Source of the DNA: Eledone cirrhosa
Taxonomy: Eukaryota
Assembly (NCBI GenBank): GCA_964016885.1
Contig: OZ024743.1
Span: 149,544,001 to 149,608,000, forward strand
DNA: 64,000 nt
Direction: 5' to 3'
The notes under the pieces were generated by a model. It searched no databases. It worked only from the letters and a program-made list of their open reading frames with translations, and had not been told where the DNA came from. Shown here piece after piece: positions 26,961 through 42,067 of the stretch; positions within the stretch are counted from its first letter, which is position 1; every line of letters begins with the position of its first letter. A program made the translations under genes and the position numbers.

Positions 26961-29900
26961 TATATATATAAGATGGTGCTGATCAAAGTGAGACACATAG
27001 ACAATGTAGAGTTGAGAATAACCTCTAATGCTGCTGAGAACATAGCAACTTCTCTTTTACTGGAGTTGTAATAAAATGCATCCAGTACACTCTATAAAAT
27101 TGTTAGCATTTTGGAAGATATCCAACAATAACTGCCCAAAGTGGAATTCATAAATGCTCTTAGAACCTTCAAACATTAAAGAGTAATAGTGTTCATCCTA
27201 ATATCTATTCAGAAGAAAGTTTTTAACAAGTTTTAGTTGATTTTGTATTAGTCAAAATAAGAGTCCCTTTATTAAATCTGGCCTGACATTTGGGGTTAAT
27301 CATATCAAAGTCAAAACAACAGAAAATTACCACAACAATATTATTGTCAGCATCAAATTTAACAAATGCAACCTCCAAACTGAATCAGTTACTTAATCAT
27401 AGCTAGCAACAACAGAAACAGGAAATGAAACAAATTGAAAATAAATGGTAGTCTGCTAACCACTTAAAAGATTTGAAGTGTTAAAGCTAGACTTAAAAAT
27501 TAAATCCATATAATTTGCTATGAAAGGAAATTCAACATACACTTAAAAACGTTTTCTGTCACTGGAATTCCCTTGAATTTTCTTAGATTGAATGGAGATT
27601 AAGTTATTAAGGCAATAGAAAAGATTTGTAATGTTGAAATGGTGTTTTAGAAGATCACATTTGAGTTTCAAAACTGAATTGAACTCTGAATTTGTAATCT
27701 TTAGTTTTGGATAATAACTGTACTTTGAAATATGTACCTTGATTTTACTATATTGAATAAAGAAACAAACAAAAAAAAAAGTATTTAAAAAGAAAAAAAG
27801 TAGATGGAAGAAAGAGCTAAAATGAATTAGACTTAAGAGTATCAAAAAAGGACTGCTGACCTAAATTGGAAGATGTTACTATTTAGTTTTTGGAAGTGTT
27901 TTGTTTCAATGTTATACAGTACTACAGAACATATCTTCAGATGTTTACCCAACTCTGTATGTATAGACAGATGTAAACACCTTGTCTGTGTACATAATTT
28001 CTTCATGGTCAGAAAAAGAGGTATCAACTGAACTGGTTTCAATCTTTGTGTTGGGTTTCCATCAGTCATGAAGATATTGCATATACAGAGATGATGTTTA
28101 CAGTTTTTTTTCTTTAGCATCATTACATTTTATATGAAATAAAAAAACACATATTGCATCAATTTATTTCATATGAAATAAAACAAATTAGTGGAGTGTG
28201 CAATTATGCTCATTACAATTATGCTCATTGGCATATAGAGAAGTCAAATGAAATAAAGAAAACAAATACTTGCCAGTAAAAGAAAAGTACAAGAATGTGA
28301 GTTAATATCAAGTACACTTCTCACACTGGCCTAATGATGTTAATGTAAAACTTTACTCAGTTTGGTTTACACCAACTCCATTTAGAATTAGCAACTAGTA
28401 AATTCACATCAAATCCAATTGAGATTCTTAACTTTCTTTACATTACATTATGGAAGACTAATTTTACTTACTTAACAAAAAAATGTTATATTCTCTTTTC
28501 ATTTATTTCATGGTGTCAAAATTTTCATCACAAAAGAGTGACAAAATTCTGGAATCATGTAATAAGCAAAAACGTAATATAACAATTATTGTGTGTTTTT
28601 GAATGGCTAGAATGACTTTTCCATGATGTAATTCAGTTTCAACACATGGTTTCAGATCAAGTTGCTTGACCAGCCATTGCTACTCCAAAATCTTTTTCCA
28701 TTGTAGAAACTGAAATATAATTACCTCTCTCATGCTTATGTATGCACAAATATATATGTATGTATATGCTGAAATTTATCTGATCATTTCTTATATTATA
28801 GAGTTGTCTTTGAGAAATCTTTCATACCATCTTTGTTATTTCATTTATTTACTGAAAAGGAAGAAAGATAAAATATAAGGAACTCTAAATAACCTTTAAA
28901 AACATGCAAGTTTTTCTATGATTTTTCTCTGAAAATTGTTTTGATCACATGAGTGTCTCAATAAATGACCTACTGGCCTTTAAAGTTCAACATTTAGGAA
29001 TTGATCATTTCTGATGATATTATTACGTTCACTCCAAATGTAAACTTAGTAAATTTGAGTATCTTTTCATTTGTTTACCTCTCTTATTTTTCTTCCATAA
29101 TTTGTCTAAGATCTTTCAGCTATCCAAACTACGATATATCTATTTCTCCCTTTACAACTAAAAAATAGATACACAAGTGAAAACAAAAATTCAAGGAATA
29201 AAAGAATTGAAAAATAAAACTGTTTTTTAATTCTATCTTTGTTCTAGTATAGAGTGTTTAATTGAAAGATGGTTGATTGATAAGGGAATAACTTCATGAA
29301 TATCAATACATTATTTAAATGCCAAAATAAATTACTTTGTCCATGTTACTAGTACATATAGCTGTGAAGTGGTTTTTGTATATAAGGTTTTTGACTGTCA
29401 GTTCTGAGGTTTTAAGTTCAAAACTAATCAGTCCTAACAGGGACACTAAAAAATGTTGTGTTTCAGTTTAACCCCTTGTTGGTGTGTTTGTGTATGTACA
29501 GGATACATGACTACATTAGTGGTTGTGTTATTACTGATTTGGCAAGAATGGTGAAATTTATGCTTTACTGATTAGGTCAGAATAAGAAGGAGTTGTCTTC
29601 ATACTTAATGAAAATAATATTATTCTATGACTTATAAAGTTTTTTTATCCCTTGTATAATTATTTCTAATTAGCTTTTTCACATTCCTTGCATTAATTAT
29701 GGTATCACTAATATAACTATCCATATCTCACTACTATTATTGATATTGCAAAGATTATCAGCACCTCAATGATACTGTTATAACTAGACTGCTTCATAAA
29801 TATTTGGTTGATATTTATGTAGTGTCACAGTAAAATGGCTGAAATTGAACTAAATACCTTCACAACCATATAGTCAGTTACTTTACTAACTTAATCATTT

Positions 29901-32149
29901 CTGTTTAAAATTCATGCATTATAGATATATAAATATTACCTTCATTAATATTGTAGAATAAGATAAAACAAGGGCAAGTACAATGACATTTATGATCTTG
30001 TTTTTCATTATTTCTTTTAATTCCATTTTATTGTTTTCACATATCTACAATCAGCCATAGCCTGAAGTTAGAAAACAAAAAGTAAATATTATTTTTAAAA
30101 GATAAAAATGTAATTTCAACATATTTTATTAAGAAATATTTATATATACACATACATATATGTAACAAAGACAATTATTTGATCTGTCCATATTCAATCC
30201 CTCCATCACCCATCATCACCCTACTTTTCTTCTATTATCACTCATCTGTCACTCACCTCTTCCATCACATGTTTCTTCCATAACACTCATGTCCTGGTCG
30301 TGATTTTCCCTTCTGTTCACTCTCAATCATGTTTGCCTTGAAAGAATGAAGATAATTCAGAGAAGAAAGGACTCCTTAGCTTTGTAGAGAATAAGGCAAC
30401 AAAGTTCGAGGAATAAAAACCATGACAAAAAGTAAATGTATGTGTGAGACATGGTTCTAGACAGTAACTCTGAATGAGACCTGATTTGGGCTCTGGTAAC
30501 CCATCCAACACATAACAGCATGGAAAGTGTATGTAAAATTTGTGAAATGATGATGATGATTTATACATACATTTCATCCTTCCAAAGGTGCTAAAATAAG
30601 GGCTAGTGAAGTACTGGAGATGATATAATTCACTACTCCTTTGAAGTGATGCTCCAGCATGTCTGCCTTCCAATGTTTGAAATCAATAAATGTATATATG
30701 CATATGGATAAATCTAATCCCATATATATATGGGTATGAATGTAAAAAGGAAGGAATGCAATATACATGTATGAAAAGAAGAGCAAAAACAAATATATAT
30801 ATATAAATGGTTACAGGGAAATAAAAGTAGAAGAGTTAATATTCTTTTTCTGGCTCCTTTTCAATTTGTTTGGTATTCCTCCCAGTGTTTTTTTGTTTTT
30901 TCTTCAGGTGGAGAGATGTGAGAATATCTGTATATATCATAGTGTGTCCATTTCTATTTGTGTGTATATGTAAGATTTGCTTGTTTCAATTGTTTTTTTT
31001 TTATTTTATATTATTTTTTATAATTTTCTTATTATTCCACTTTCTTAAGTTTTGATTAACGCTTCTTTATAAAGCTTCAATATTTCTTGATCTCATTGTC
31101 AGTTAGAGTCGATTTCAACTAAATTGAAGACAAGTTCTGCAGTAATCCATAAATGATTTGTAATTCCGACTGTTTTCAGTCTCCATGAGAACAGATGTAT
31201 TAATAACAGTCAGTAGATACTAGAAAACTTCAGATTTTGAGCTACCAACAGCTAGAGTACTATATAAATCTAAAACAAACAAACACACAAATAATGTAAA
31301 TTGAAGTGATTTGTGAGAGATAGAGAAAGTGAATTTTTCATGACATTTCAAGAACTATCAACAGTATGGTGAATAAAATAAAGGGTATGGGGTGTGGAAA
31401 AATAAATGATAAAAAGACAAAATGTAACAATACAAATCTCTAGATTAACAACTAAATGCCTTGTTCTGTCAGTGTCATAAATGGATTATTGTTGAAAGTT
31501 TCTTTCAAGTCAATATTTTAACTGGGTGTCTGCCTTAAAAGTTTAAGGAAATTAATCTATTGCTTTTAACTTTGAATGAAGGAGTGGCTTTAAGGAAGAC
31601 TCTAATTAAAAGACAATGCCATGACTCAGATATTTTGTCAGATTACTTAGTTGAAAACAAGGAGGTTAATGGCTCAAATTTTGGCAGCATCCATCTCAGT
31701 TTTGGAATAGCACAATGTAGAAAAGTGACTAGAAATATTATCATCATCATCATAAAAGGTTTGCAACATTTATTCCAATTCTTTATGTTCTGAGTTCAAA
31801 TTCTACTGTAGTTAACTTTGTCATTCACACTTCCAAGGTTGAATAAATAAAGAACTAAATTGTACTAATTAAAAAAATGATCATCGTTATCATCACTGAC
31901 ATTTTTCTTTGATGTTATATCATTGTTATATTTAGCAGTAAATTACAACTGGAGATCATAATGCCTACCCTGTTTATAATATTCTTAGTTTTCTGTTACT
32001 AACAAACAATTTTATTTTTGAGTGTTCTATCTTAATTCTAATTCATATTTGTGTAGAATTAACCTGCCACTCAGTTTCACACAACTACCTAACTGGTGGA
32101 TGCCTTCACAAAGGTTCACTATACTTCAAGCATTTAGATCAGGTCCCCA

Positions 32150-33380
32150 ATTTGAAAATAATCCAAGTCATTGTTTTTTCTTCCCTTTCTGCCCACCATT
32201 TTCAGACTAAAAGAATGTGTCTAACCTTTTAGATGCCATTGAAAGATCCTACCACTGCTGGCATTAAATTTATATTTAATGAACACATAATTACTATTTC
32301 ATCCTTGAAATTTTTACACTCTTCAAACGTTTATTGTTTCATGTTCCTAATTTTAGTATCTCCAGTTCTTGCAATATAAGTGATATTACATAATCTTTCC
32401 TTCTTATCTTTTAAAACAATTCTTGTTTCTTTCTCTCATATGGTTGCTTTGGATAATGAAATCTTAGAGAATTTGATTTGTGTAAACTCAATTATTCTGT
32501 TTATTTATTTTTTTTTTTTAAACTTTCCATCAAGCTGCCAGTGGACAATCCATGCAACAGCCAATTTACTGTTACTTTTACCTGTTCTCTGCAGCATTGT
32601 TTATATAATTATGATCTGGCATTTTAATCTTTATGGAAATTTCTGCAGTTTATTCTTGGAACTTGTTTCTTGTAGCTTAGTTTTGAGTTGATTTTCTTAC
32701 CAATGACTACAATTTAAGGAAATCAATTCCTTCACCCATCTTCTAAAATACTGCTCATACATTTTCATTTGTTTCCAAATTCATCAATATACCTCTTTTT
32801 GCATTTTTCCGGTGCCATTCACTTTTTTGTTTTGTTGATTCCAATTTACTTTTTAGGTTTTTCAGTGGTTCCAAACAATTCCTTGTGTACCATGCCATAC
32901 AATTTTCTTACACCGCTTAAACCTTAGGTCTCATTTTATATATCCTATTACTATCACTTCTAGAATGTAATGAATTGCTGTTCATTATATTTGGAGTGTG
33001 CCAATTTAAGTTAACTTGTTTTCTAATTTACTATAGAGTTTGTCCACAATATCTCACAATATATACTAAGGTAAAAAAGTTCATTGCATACTTTCTAAAT
33101 CTTTCAGAATGTACTGGATTTGTTTTCCAGCAACTCATATCTTTTTGCTGCACTTATCAATTATAAGCATTCTACAGTCTAAGAATGAGAAATCATAACA
33201 TTGGCATTGTTCTAATTAATCCATGCCATTGTAAGGTTTCTATAATATTTTTTTACAAATCTAGATTATTAATTCATTTATTACTAAATAATCCTTACTC
33301 TTGCCTGCTCCATCTTTTTTACACTGATGATAATATACTGTCATCATCATGGTTGGTATTATCAATTTTATTGTAATTTT
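32150..33380 (-). mobile_element. Fossil R4/Dong-clade non-LTR retrotransposon (RT and restriction-like endonuclease remnants, internally deleted)
   Basis: YRNLTMAWIN*NNANVMISHS*TVECL near 33170-33245 resembles MAWIDYKKAYDMVPHSWI; VAWIVHWQL, IL*DFIIQSNH, IVLKDKKERLCNITYIARTGD and MPAVVGS near 32250-32560 resemble the RLE domain. Confidence 0.7.
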
Positions 33381-34069
33381 TCTATTGTTAGTAATTTAGC
33401 AGAAGTGGTAGAACACTAAATTAAATTCCTTATAGTAGTTAGATTTGTCCTTCTATATATATTCTGAGTTCAACCCAATGTGGGTGAATTGTTAAATTAA
33501 TTCAGGCTGAAGTCCCTCATCCACAAAAAACCCCAATTAAACCACAGTAATAAACTAATTTTAATTTAATGAATAATATTGAGTTCATACCTATTCAAAG
33601 ATAAGGCAATTATTATGAGTGTTATATAACTGCTTGTCACACTCCATTTTTATTGTAATGTTTACTTGTTTATATAAGCTTGTAAAACATATAAATCTAT
33701 ATACTACTGACATCTTTATTTCAGTTTGTATCTACTACAATGTTGACTAATGTACTCTTAAACAAGCAGTTTTGCCTAAAATAACTTAGAGTATATTCCC
33801 GGACCTGGAACTCCCAAAATCTGAGATTCTATTTTTTTTATTTTATGAATATGGAAATCAAGTCATTAATGGAAGGGATAGAGAGAGATAATAAAATGTA
33901 AAACATGCACACAAACAAACACACAAAGATATATACAAAAACAGACACATACACGCATACAAACAAAAGACTTAAACTCACTGAAAGAACAAATGTGTAT
34001 CAAAAACACACTCACTTAAGGAGTGGACAAGTATGCATACATGCATAGAATGAAGCTCTGTCAGGTTTG

Positions 34070-34395
34070 AGAATGTGTGTTCCAGTTATTTGATCAATGG
34101 AACAGCCTGCTCATGAAATTAACATATAAGTGACTGAACATTCCACAAACTCATGTATTCCTAAAATAATTCTCAGGGAGATTCAGTATGACACAGTCTG
34201 TGTCAAGGCTGACTCTTTGAATTACTGGTGTATTCTAGCTGACTGGCTTCCAAACAATTTCCATCTACCCAGTTTCCCTAACAATGTATGTGTTGACCTG
34301 AGGCTATGTTAAATGATATTTGCTTAAGATGCAATGCAGTAGGATTGAACCCATGACACGAAGCAAACTGCTTAACCATTCAGCCATGCTGCATC
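34070..34395 (-). mobile_element. Old CORE-type tRNA SINE
   Basis: TTGCTTAAGATGC...GGATTGAACCC...CTTAACCATTCAGCCA is the reverse of CORE, B box and A box; shares body TTCTCAGGGAGATTCAG with 45340-45635. Confidence 0.65.
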
Positions 34396-35109
34396 CACAC
34401 ACATATACATACACTCAAAGGCAATACATATTCACAAGACTCGAACAATATTAACCAAACACATGTATCCAACAGTGAATGTGCATGCACAGACAAATAA
34501 ATATAAGCAGAGGAATAAGTTTAACAATCATAAACATATACTTGTGAAATTTCGTAGTTTTGGTTGTTGTTTTCTTATATAGTGAGTCATTGAAACGTTA
34601 GTAAAAGAAGGAAAACCCTTGTTAACTCTGTATCGAATAGCAGTTTGTAATTTAGACATGAACCCAGCAACTTAGGGAGAGGACAGTTGATTATATTGAC
34701 CCTAGTTTTTGACTGGTACTTTGCCTTTTATCTTTCTGGGGCCAATAAAACAAAGCAGGATATGAACTCAGAATGCAAACAGCCATAACTATATACCACA
34801 AAGCATTTTGTCTGACTCATTAATGATTCTGCCAATCCTCCATTCTTTTTTAAGAAATAATAAATTCATACAGAAATAACCATGATGCTTATTCAACAAA
34901 CTGGCCATCAACTTAGTGCTTTATTTCCTGGTTAACACTGTATTCCTCTAGTATTAACTGAAAGTCTTAGAATGTGAAATATACAGTACACCAAACTAAA
35001 TGCTTTATAGTATTTATTTTTATTCTTTTATATTCCAAGTTGAAATAGTTTCCTTATCTCTTCTTCATGGCTGATAAAATGAATACCAGTAAATAAAATA
35101 ATCGATTAA

Positions 35110-35265
35110 GTTGACCCCAGTGCATTACTGGTGCTTTATTATATCAAGCCCATAAGGATGAAAGGCAAAGCTAACCTCTGTTGGATTTGAACTCAGAACG
35201 TAAACAGCCATAACTCTATGGCGCAAAGCATGGCGCCTGACGCTCTACTGTTACTGCCAATCCAG
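35110..35265 (-). mobile_element. Older SINE family A copy
   Basis: Diverged reverse-complement copy. Confidence 0.8.
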
Positions 35266-35365
35266 TAAATAAAATAATGGAGTAAATTTATTGATTCTAC
35301 TTTTCATTTACAAATTTATAATTTTCTACTCATGTAAGAAAATATTATTTAAAGGATATTTAAAG

Positions 35366-35543
35366 GAACGGTGGATTGGCAGTATAGGTAGAGGGTCGGA
35401 CGCCATGCTTTCCAGCATAGTTACGCCCCTTTACGATCTGAGTTCAAATCCCGCCGAGGTTGACTTTGCCTTTCATCCTTACGGGGTCGATAAAATAAAG
35501 TACCAGTAATGCACTGGGTTTGTGCCTAAAGTAGAAACAATTA
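35366..35543 (+). mobile_element. SINE family A with ~21-bp TSD
   Basis: ATTATTTAAAGGATATTTAAA at 35344-35364 and 35540-35560. Confidence 0.92.
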
Positions 35544-35846
35544 TTTAAAGGATATTTAAATATGGTTACAATAAGACATTTGCTTAATAGTTATATTGAA
35601 TTATCTTCCCTTTCACATCTGTTTTTCCATGGTTGCATGGGTTGCACAGATTCCCTTCCACACAACATTTCATCATTTGTTGCTTTTGACATCTCCTTTG
35701 TGTGGTTCAACATCCTGTGATCAGCTTTCACCATTTCTGCTCATCTTTTTATTGATCTCTAACCTCTGTAGCTTCCCTCCACATGGATCTTCTGGCATTT
35801 CTAATAATAATCTATATATGTTGTCGGTAATCACAAGTTTTAAGAC

Positions 35847-36006
35847 CAGCAATGGAAAACTATGGCCCATGAGCTGCATATGACTTATTTGGCTTTCTGA
35901 CTGGCATATCTAATTTCAGAATTGTCTTGAATTTTTTAGTTTTATCAGCCTCATGATGAGTCACATCCTATGTGGCCCACTCCTCGAAAAAGTTTGCCCA
36001 TGCTTG
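35847..36006. mobile_element. Degenerate short hAT MITE
   Basis: Ends CAGCAATGGAAAACTATGGCCC and TGTGGCCC...AAAAGTTTGCCCATGCTTG resemble CAGGGGTGGGCAAACT-type TIRs; TSD not clear. Confidence 0.5.
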
Positions 36007-36049
36007 GATTAAGGTATGACTGGTTAAAAAATACTACATATAAATGGTT

Positions 36050-37222
36050 ACAAGAAAGACTAAGGTCCTTGTAAGTAGACTAGAAAACAGAACTCAGATC
36101 CCATCAGGGAAATGGCCTTGCTCAGTATGTAGGAAAAGTGTAGGTAGGAACTCCATTCTCTGCCCCAAATGCAAACAATGGGTACACAAGAGATGTAGCG
36201 GGATCTCAGGAAGCTTAATTAAGAATATAGGCTTCACATGTAGCAGCTGTGCTGGGACAGCAAGCAGCAAACAGCTACAGGAAACAAGCACCACCAATCT
36301 CTGAGAGGGCTCTGTAGAAACAGTAGACAGCTTTTGCTACCTAGGTGACCGAATTAGCAGTGGAGGTGGGTGTTCAGAAAGTACAATAACTAGGATAAGA
36401 ATGGGATGGAAGAAGTTCAGGGAACTACTGCCACTGCTAGCTGCAAAAGGCTTTTCCCTCAAAATGAAAGGCAGACTGTATGATGCATGTATACGAACAG
36501 TAATGTTACATGGTAGTGAGACCTGGGCACTGAAGGTGGAAGACTTACGTAGATTAGAAAGAAACGAAGCCTGCATGCTCCGATGGATGTGTAATAGTAA
36601 TATACGAGAACGGCAAAGCATAAATGAATTGAGAGAGAGACTGAGCTTAAGAGGAATCAAATGCTGTGTGCAGGAGAGGTGGTTGCGTTGGTATGGATAT
36701 GTGATGCGTATGAAGGATGACAGCTGCATAAAGAGGTGCAGAGCACTAGAAGTCATAGGAAACCGCGGAGTGGGGAGACCCAAGAAGACCTCTGATGAGG
36801 TGATAAAAGCCGACCTTACCAAATTACACCTTTCAAAGGTGATGACACACGACCGTGACCTCTGGCGTCACGCAGTAATACAGATTACCCGACCTCCCAT
36901 GGGTACAAGCTGAAGCATATAGACAATATGCCCCCACACCCTCCCACTGCAAAGTGGTCGTGGAGGTGCCATGGCAAAAAAGCACCCAGCCCACACTGTA
37001 AAGTGGACGTGTAGGCCCCACGGAAAAAAGCACCCAGCACTCACTGTAAATGAGGTTGGTGTTAGGAAGGGCATCCAGCTGTAGAAATCAAGCCAAAATC
37101 AGTTCCTGTATGAGCAAGGCATGGTCAGCCGACCAGACACTGCCCACAACAGGACAACCCGTCTAACCCATGCTAGCATGGAAGAACGGACGTAAAACGG
37201 TGATGATGATGATGATGATGAA
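36050..37222 (+). mobile_element. 5'-truncated RTE LINE (PHD-like finger, C-terminus, 3' UTR)
   Basis: ORFs 36044-36304 (GKWPCSVCRKSVGRNSILCPKCKQWVHKRC...CSSC) and 36401-36913; (GAT)n tail. Confidence 0.95.
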
Positions 37223-37367
37223 TGTAAGCAGATGCCAAAATGTTACCCACAAATATTTTTGACAGACTGAGCTTGAATTTGTAGGGTACCTAAAATAACT
37301 TCTAGATGTCATCTAAATATATTATATCATAAGATATGTAGTGAAGTCTGCAGATGTCATCATTATT

Positions 37368-37437
37368 ATAAAATAAAGTACCAGTAATGCACTGCGTAAT
37401 TGCTGGCCTTGTGCCAAAAGTAGAAACAATTATTATG
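37368..37437 (+). mobile_element. SINE family A 3' fragment
   Basis: ATAAAATAAAGTACCAGTAATGCACTG...GTAGAAACAATTATTAT. Confidence 0.8.
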
Positions 37438-38903
37438 TTCACCTTTCCATGATGATATGGGTTGGATGGATTGTTTACTGCTGAATACCCATTTTGATTC
37501 CAACCCTTTTATGATATGCAGAATGATGGTATACTTATTCTTAACATATGGATACATGTTGGATACATTGTATTTGTGAACAGGATATACACACAAGATA
37601 TCAGCTTTGTTAATCAGTCAATACTGGCAAAATCTGAATTCAGAAATACGAAGCTCTAAACTATACACCATAAAGTAACTATTTTTCATCTATCATCTGT
37701 ATCAATCCTACTTCTGTGTCATAACTAACAATAATGAGAAAAGAGAAGCAGTTATCTTACTCAAATAAAATTGCTTTGTAGTTTTAGACATAAAATATTT
37801 GTAGCAGCTGTTTTAGTTTGAAAAATGTTGTGTTGTCTTTAGTACTCTCATTCTTTCCTTGATTATTTTCCTATTTTCAGATCTCTTATTTATTGTTCCT
37901 TTGTTTATGAATTTTGTTTTGATTATTAACTAGTCATTCTACATTTGTGTTCTCCCTAGTATGTCATATTCATTATGTCAAAGAAATGTTTCTTAATACT
38001 TTCTTTCAAAATCTAACACCAAAAATTTCAATACTTTTTTTCAAGAGAAAAAGATGAAAACAATAAATAAATATATAAAAAACATTTATTGTCGAAAATA
38101 ACAAATGTTGTTACTTTACAAAGCATAGTCAAATCTTCAAATGTTGCTTAACGACTTTACTATATGGAAATTGACATAACAAATGGGTAAAAATATGTGA
38201 AAGGCCAGCAGAGGTTATCTAACTAATGTGACTATGAAGATATGGAAGTGTTGATAAGAAGAATAGGATGAATCAGTAGATGTTAATGGTAGGAATTATT
38301 GTTAGTTGTGGCATTGATGGTATCAGTCATGATGATATTTTTAAAAGGTTTTGAGAGAGATTTTGTCTGATATTTCTAGCTGCTTAAGTGACCACTCAGA
38401 TAATCTTTCATTTATAAGGATTGTTTGAATTGATTTCTAGACATGATCACTACAGCGTTATTGTGTGCACATTTTCAAAAAAACTTTGTACTAAAACATA
38501 TAGTTTGTATTTAAAGGAGACAGATTATTCAGTTGTTATATTGAGTTTGTTTTGCTCAATGGATGTTAGTTTGTGACAATATTGATGGAATTAGTGGAGG
38601 TAATGTTAATGGATATGATGATATGATAATAGTAATACAAATTAAAATTTGCAGTATAATTTTGGTGTCAGACAAAGTACATTAGAGTATTTAGGTAAAA
38701 TCCTTTATGTTCTGATTTCAATAAAATGAAGTAACTGTCAAATATTGGTTTTGGTTTAATCAACTAATCTCATCAAATTTCCAGCCCTCTGTTAGAAACA
38801 ATTATTAGAAGAGGTAAAACATATCGGAATAACAGTTAAGGGAATAGCAGTAGTATTAGTGGAAGAGGCATTGTTGAGGTGGTGGTACTGATGGTAAAAA
38901 ATT

Positions 38904-41310
38904 ATCATCATCATCCTTTGCTTTTGCATGCTTGTATAGGTTTGACAGGTTTTTTTCCTGTAGAGCCACCCTCCACTTCATTTCTTTGTGGTTCAGCATT
39001 TTGAGATCCACTCTCAACACTTCTGACAAGATTTTCCTTGAACTTTCTCTACTGCAGCTTTCTTCTACTGGAAATTCCTGGCAATTCTTCAGTCAATAAT
39101 CATCATCCATATGCATCATAACTTCATGCCATCCCAGTCTTGTACAATACATTTGATTCCTCATACACCACTCATTTGTGTTTTGCTGTCATACATATTA
39201 AAATCACATGTCCATCAAAGTATGCTCGCTTCATTTTTTTTCAACCTTTGTATATGCTCTGTAGTTACTGCCCATGTTTCACTTTCTTGCAGCATTACAC
39301 TTTGTACGCAGGTAATACACAGCAGGTAATTCAAAAAGAGAAATCTCATGATCAATTGAGGAATTAACTCTGCATTTTTCCCATTCTGTTCTTATTCTAT
39401 TTAGTGTACTTTCAGAACAGCCCCTTCCACTGCTAATTAGGTCACTGAGTAATAGAAGCTATCAACCACTTATCTGGAGCCTTTTCCCATGATTGGAAAA
39501 CATTTATTTCATTGAGGCTCTTATTACAAACTATCTCTGTGCATCACTTGCAGACAAAGTCTATCTTTTGTATTAGTTTGCCTACAATTCCTCTATACCC
39601 CTCTATACTCAATGTTTTACATTGCATACATCATATAGACTTCTTTTTTACTCTTTTCTACATATCAAGCATGGTCAGTTATTTCCTACTTACTAAAGTT
39701 TTCATCTTTGTTAGACTTACACTGAGCCCTTATGATTATAGGTTCTGTTTCTGCAGTAAGAATTTTTTCTCTAGATCTTCAGCTATAAAAACCAGGTTAT
39801 TAACATGGACAGCCAGTTTGAAACTTCTATGTTAGAACCTGAAGGTGGCTGAGAACTGACCCTTGATGAACACCTACTTATACATTGAAATCCACATGAA
39901 ACTCACTACTTAGTCTCACTTTGCTGACAACACCTCTCTACATGGCTTGCACTGTCATCATAAACCATTCATCTACACCCTTAAGCACCACCATATAACA
40001 GATCATGGAACTTTATGAAAGGCCTTATTCCAATCAATGAAAGCTAAATATAGTGGCTTGCACTTAGCTAGGAATTTCTCTGATAGTTGTTTCATTATAA
40101 AATGGAATAATTGTAGTGCTCCTTCCTGGCTGAAAATCAAACTAATTCTACACTTTCCCTATTTAATTGTGCTAAAACTTTTTCTGCCACTTTCATAACT
40201 TGATCCATCATTTTTATGTCCCTGTAGTTACTCCTGTCTAGAGCATCACGTTTTACCTTATAATAATTAATGGTTATACTGCTTCACCATCTTGTATTAC
40301 CTAATTGACTATGTGGATGAATATCTTGACTCCTACTTAACCAGCTATCTCTGACAGTCCAGCAGCTTTTCCATTTTTCAGCTCCAATTGTTACTTTGAT
40401 CATGTAGCTGTTAACTTTGATCGCTGGTCCCTCTGTTAAATCTATCAGGATAATCAGGATAGGAGGAAGGAAGTTAGCCCTTCTTCCTTCAACTCATTCT
40501 CTACATTTACCAACCTCACAATATCATTTCCCAGTCTCTGTTTTCTGAGCCTCTTTAGAGCTGTGCTCTAGTGTCATTCTAAACGCACTTTTCTCCAATT
40601 AAATCATGATTCACACTGACGTACAGCATTGCAATGCAGAACATCTCATACCCCTGATCCTCACATTGTAGAATGTTGACAAATCTCCCGTTTTTAGCTT
40701 CTTTACATGCTATGTAAATCCGTTGTTTAGCTTCTTTTTTAGTTATATATTGTTTTTTACTCCCTCAATGTTTCCAGTTTTCCAGGCCTGCCTCTTAGCA
40801 TTAGATGCTATCTAGAGTACCATTTCACTACCCAATCACCCTTTGTCAAGCTGGTACCTTGCTCCAGCTACAGATCTTGTCAGTAGCCTGCAGAAGATTG
40901 TCCTGTAGAAACTTCCAATTGTCCTCTAGGCCATATGTGTCTATCTCTTCCTGCCTCTCATCGTATGCATCGTGTAGAGTTTTTCTGAAACTATATTTAA
41001 TAGAAAGTCTTTTTAGATTCCATATCAAATTTCTTCAAGATTTCCTGCATTTCTAATTTCATCTAGTTCCTATTCTAACTACATTGATAACTAACATGTT
41101 GCGGTTGGGGGTGCATTCTTCTTCAGGGAAGAGACATAACTTACATAACCATATTTCTGTCTTGTTTGCTAACAAGGAAGAAGTCAATCCAATTTGCATA
41201 TTTACCTAATTGTTAGGTGATCAAATAGCTAGCCATCTTCCTGAATTTAGTGTTGCAAATAGTTAGGCCTTTTGCACCACAGTTTTGGAGTCTTGATCCC
41301 TTTTCTTGAT
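38904..41310 (-). mobile_element. Highly decayed, long RTE LINE
   Basis: Minus-strand remnants from the EN end (~41100-41300) through IWNLK...EDNWKFLQDNLLQATDKICSW (40846-41028), RT (~39750-40250) and C-terminus to the (GAT)n tail at ~38904. Confidence 0.8.
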
Positions 41311-41347
41311 CCTTCTTACATGTGAAACAGAAAGGAGTTGTGGATTT

Positions 41348-41388
<41 letters not shown>
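41348..41388. repeat. (GTA)n microsatellite
   Basis: Directly visible. Confidence 0.95.
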
Positions 41389-41389
<1 letters not shown>

Positions 41390-41891
41390 CTGATGGTATT
41401 GTTTAGGAAGTAGTGGTGAGGTTACTTGACAATTTTATTCTATCAACATCTGGTATGTACAGTGAGACTACAACATTAGAAAGTTCACAAAATACATTTA
41501 AAGCAAGATTCTGTTTTCACTAAGAATTGAACAAATAAAATTCTGTGGCTATTATATCCCATATCAATGTATCTGTCTCTTCAAAAATCTATCTTGCTTA
41601 GATTGTCTGGTTTATGCAGATCAAACTAAAGTATGGTGGCAGGTGGTTCAGTTGGTATGGGCTATGATTTTCAGAGAGGTCTTCTCAACTGAAGTTCTAG
41701 TTTTGTTATTCTATTCTTACTTCAAATATATCATGCACACTATATGTGCATGTATATAAATATAACCCAAACATAAGGCATATGCCTTTAGCAGTCATTA
41801 GTAAAAGAATCCACTGGCCTAGTCCTCAGTTTCAATGATGTTTCACTATATCCTACTAGCCTGGTATTCTATTTTGCTGTTTGCTACCATT

Positions 41892-42067
41892 CAGTATCGG
41901 TAGAGGGTTGGCGCCATGCTTTCTAGCATAGTTACGTCCCTTTACAGTCTGAGTTCAAATCCCGCCGAGGTTAACTTTGCCTTTCATCCTTACGGGGTCG
42001 ATAAAATAAAGTACCAGTAATGTACTGGTTAATTGCTGGCCTTGTGCCTAAAGTAGAAACAATTATT
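41892..42067 (+). mobile_element. SINE family A (slightly 5'-truncated)
   Basis: CAGTATCGGTAGAGGG...GAGTTCAAATCCCGCCGAGG...GTAGAAACAATTATT. Confidence 0.9.
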
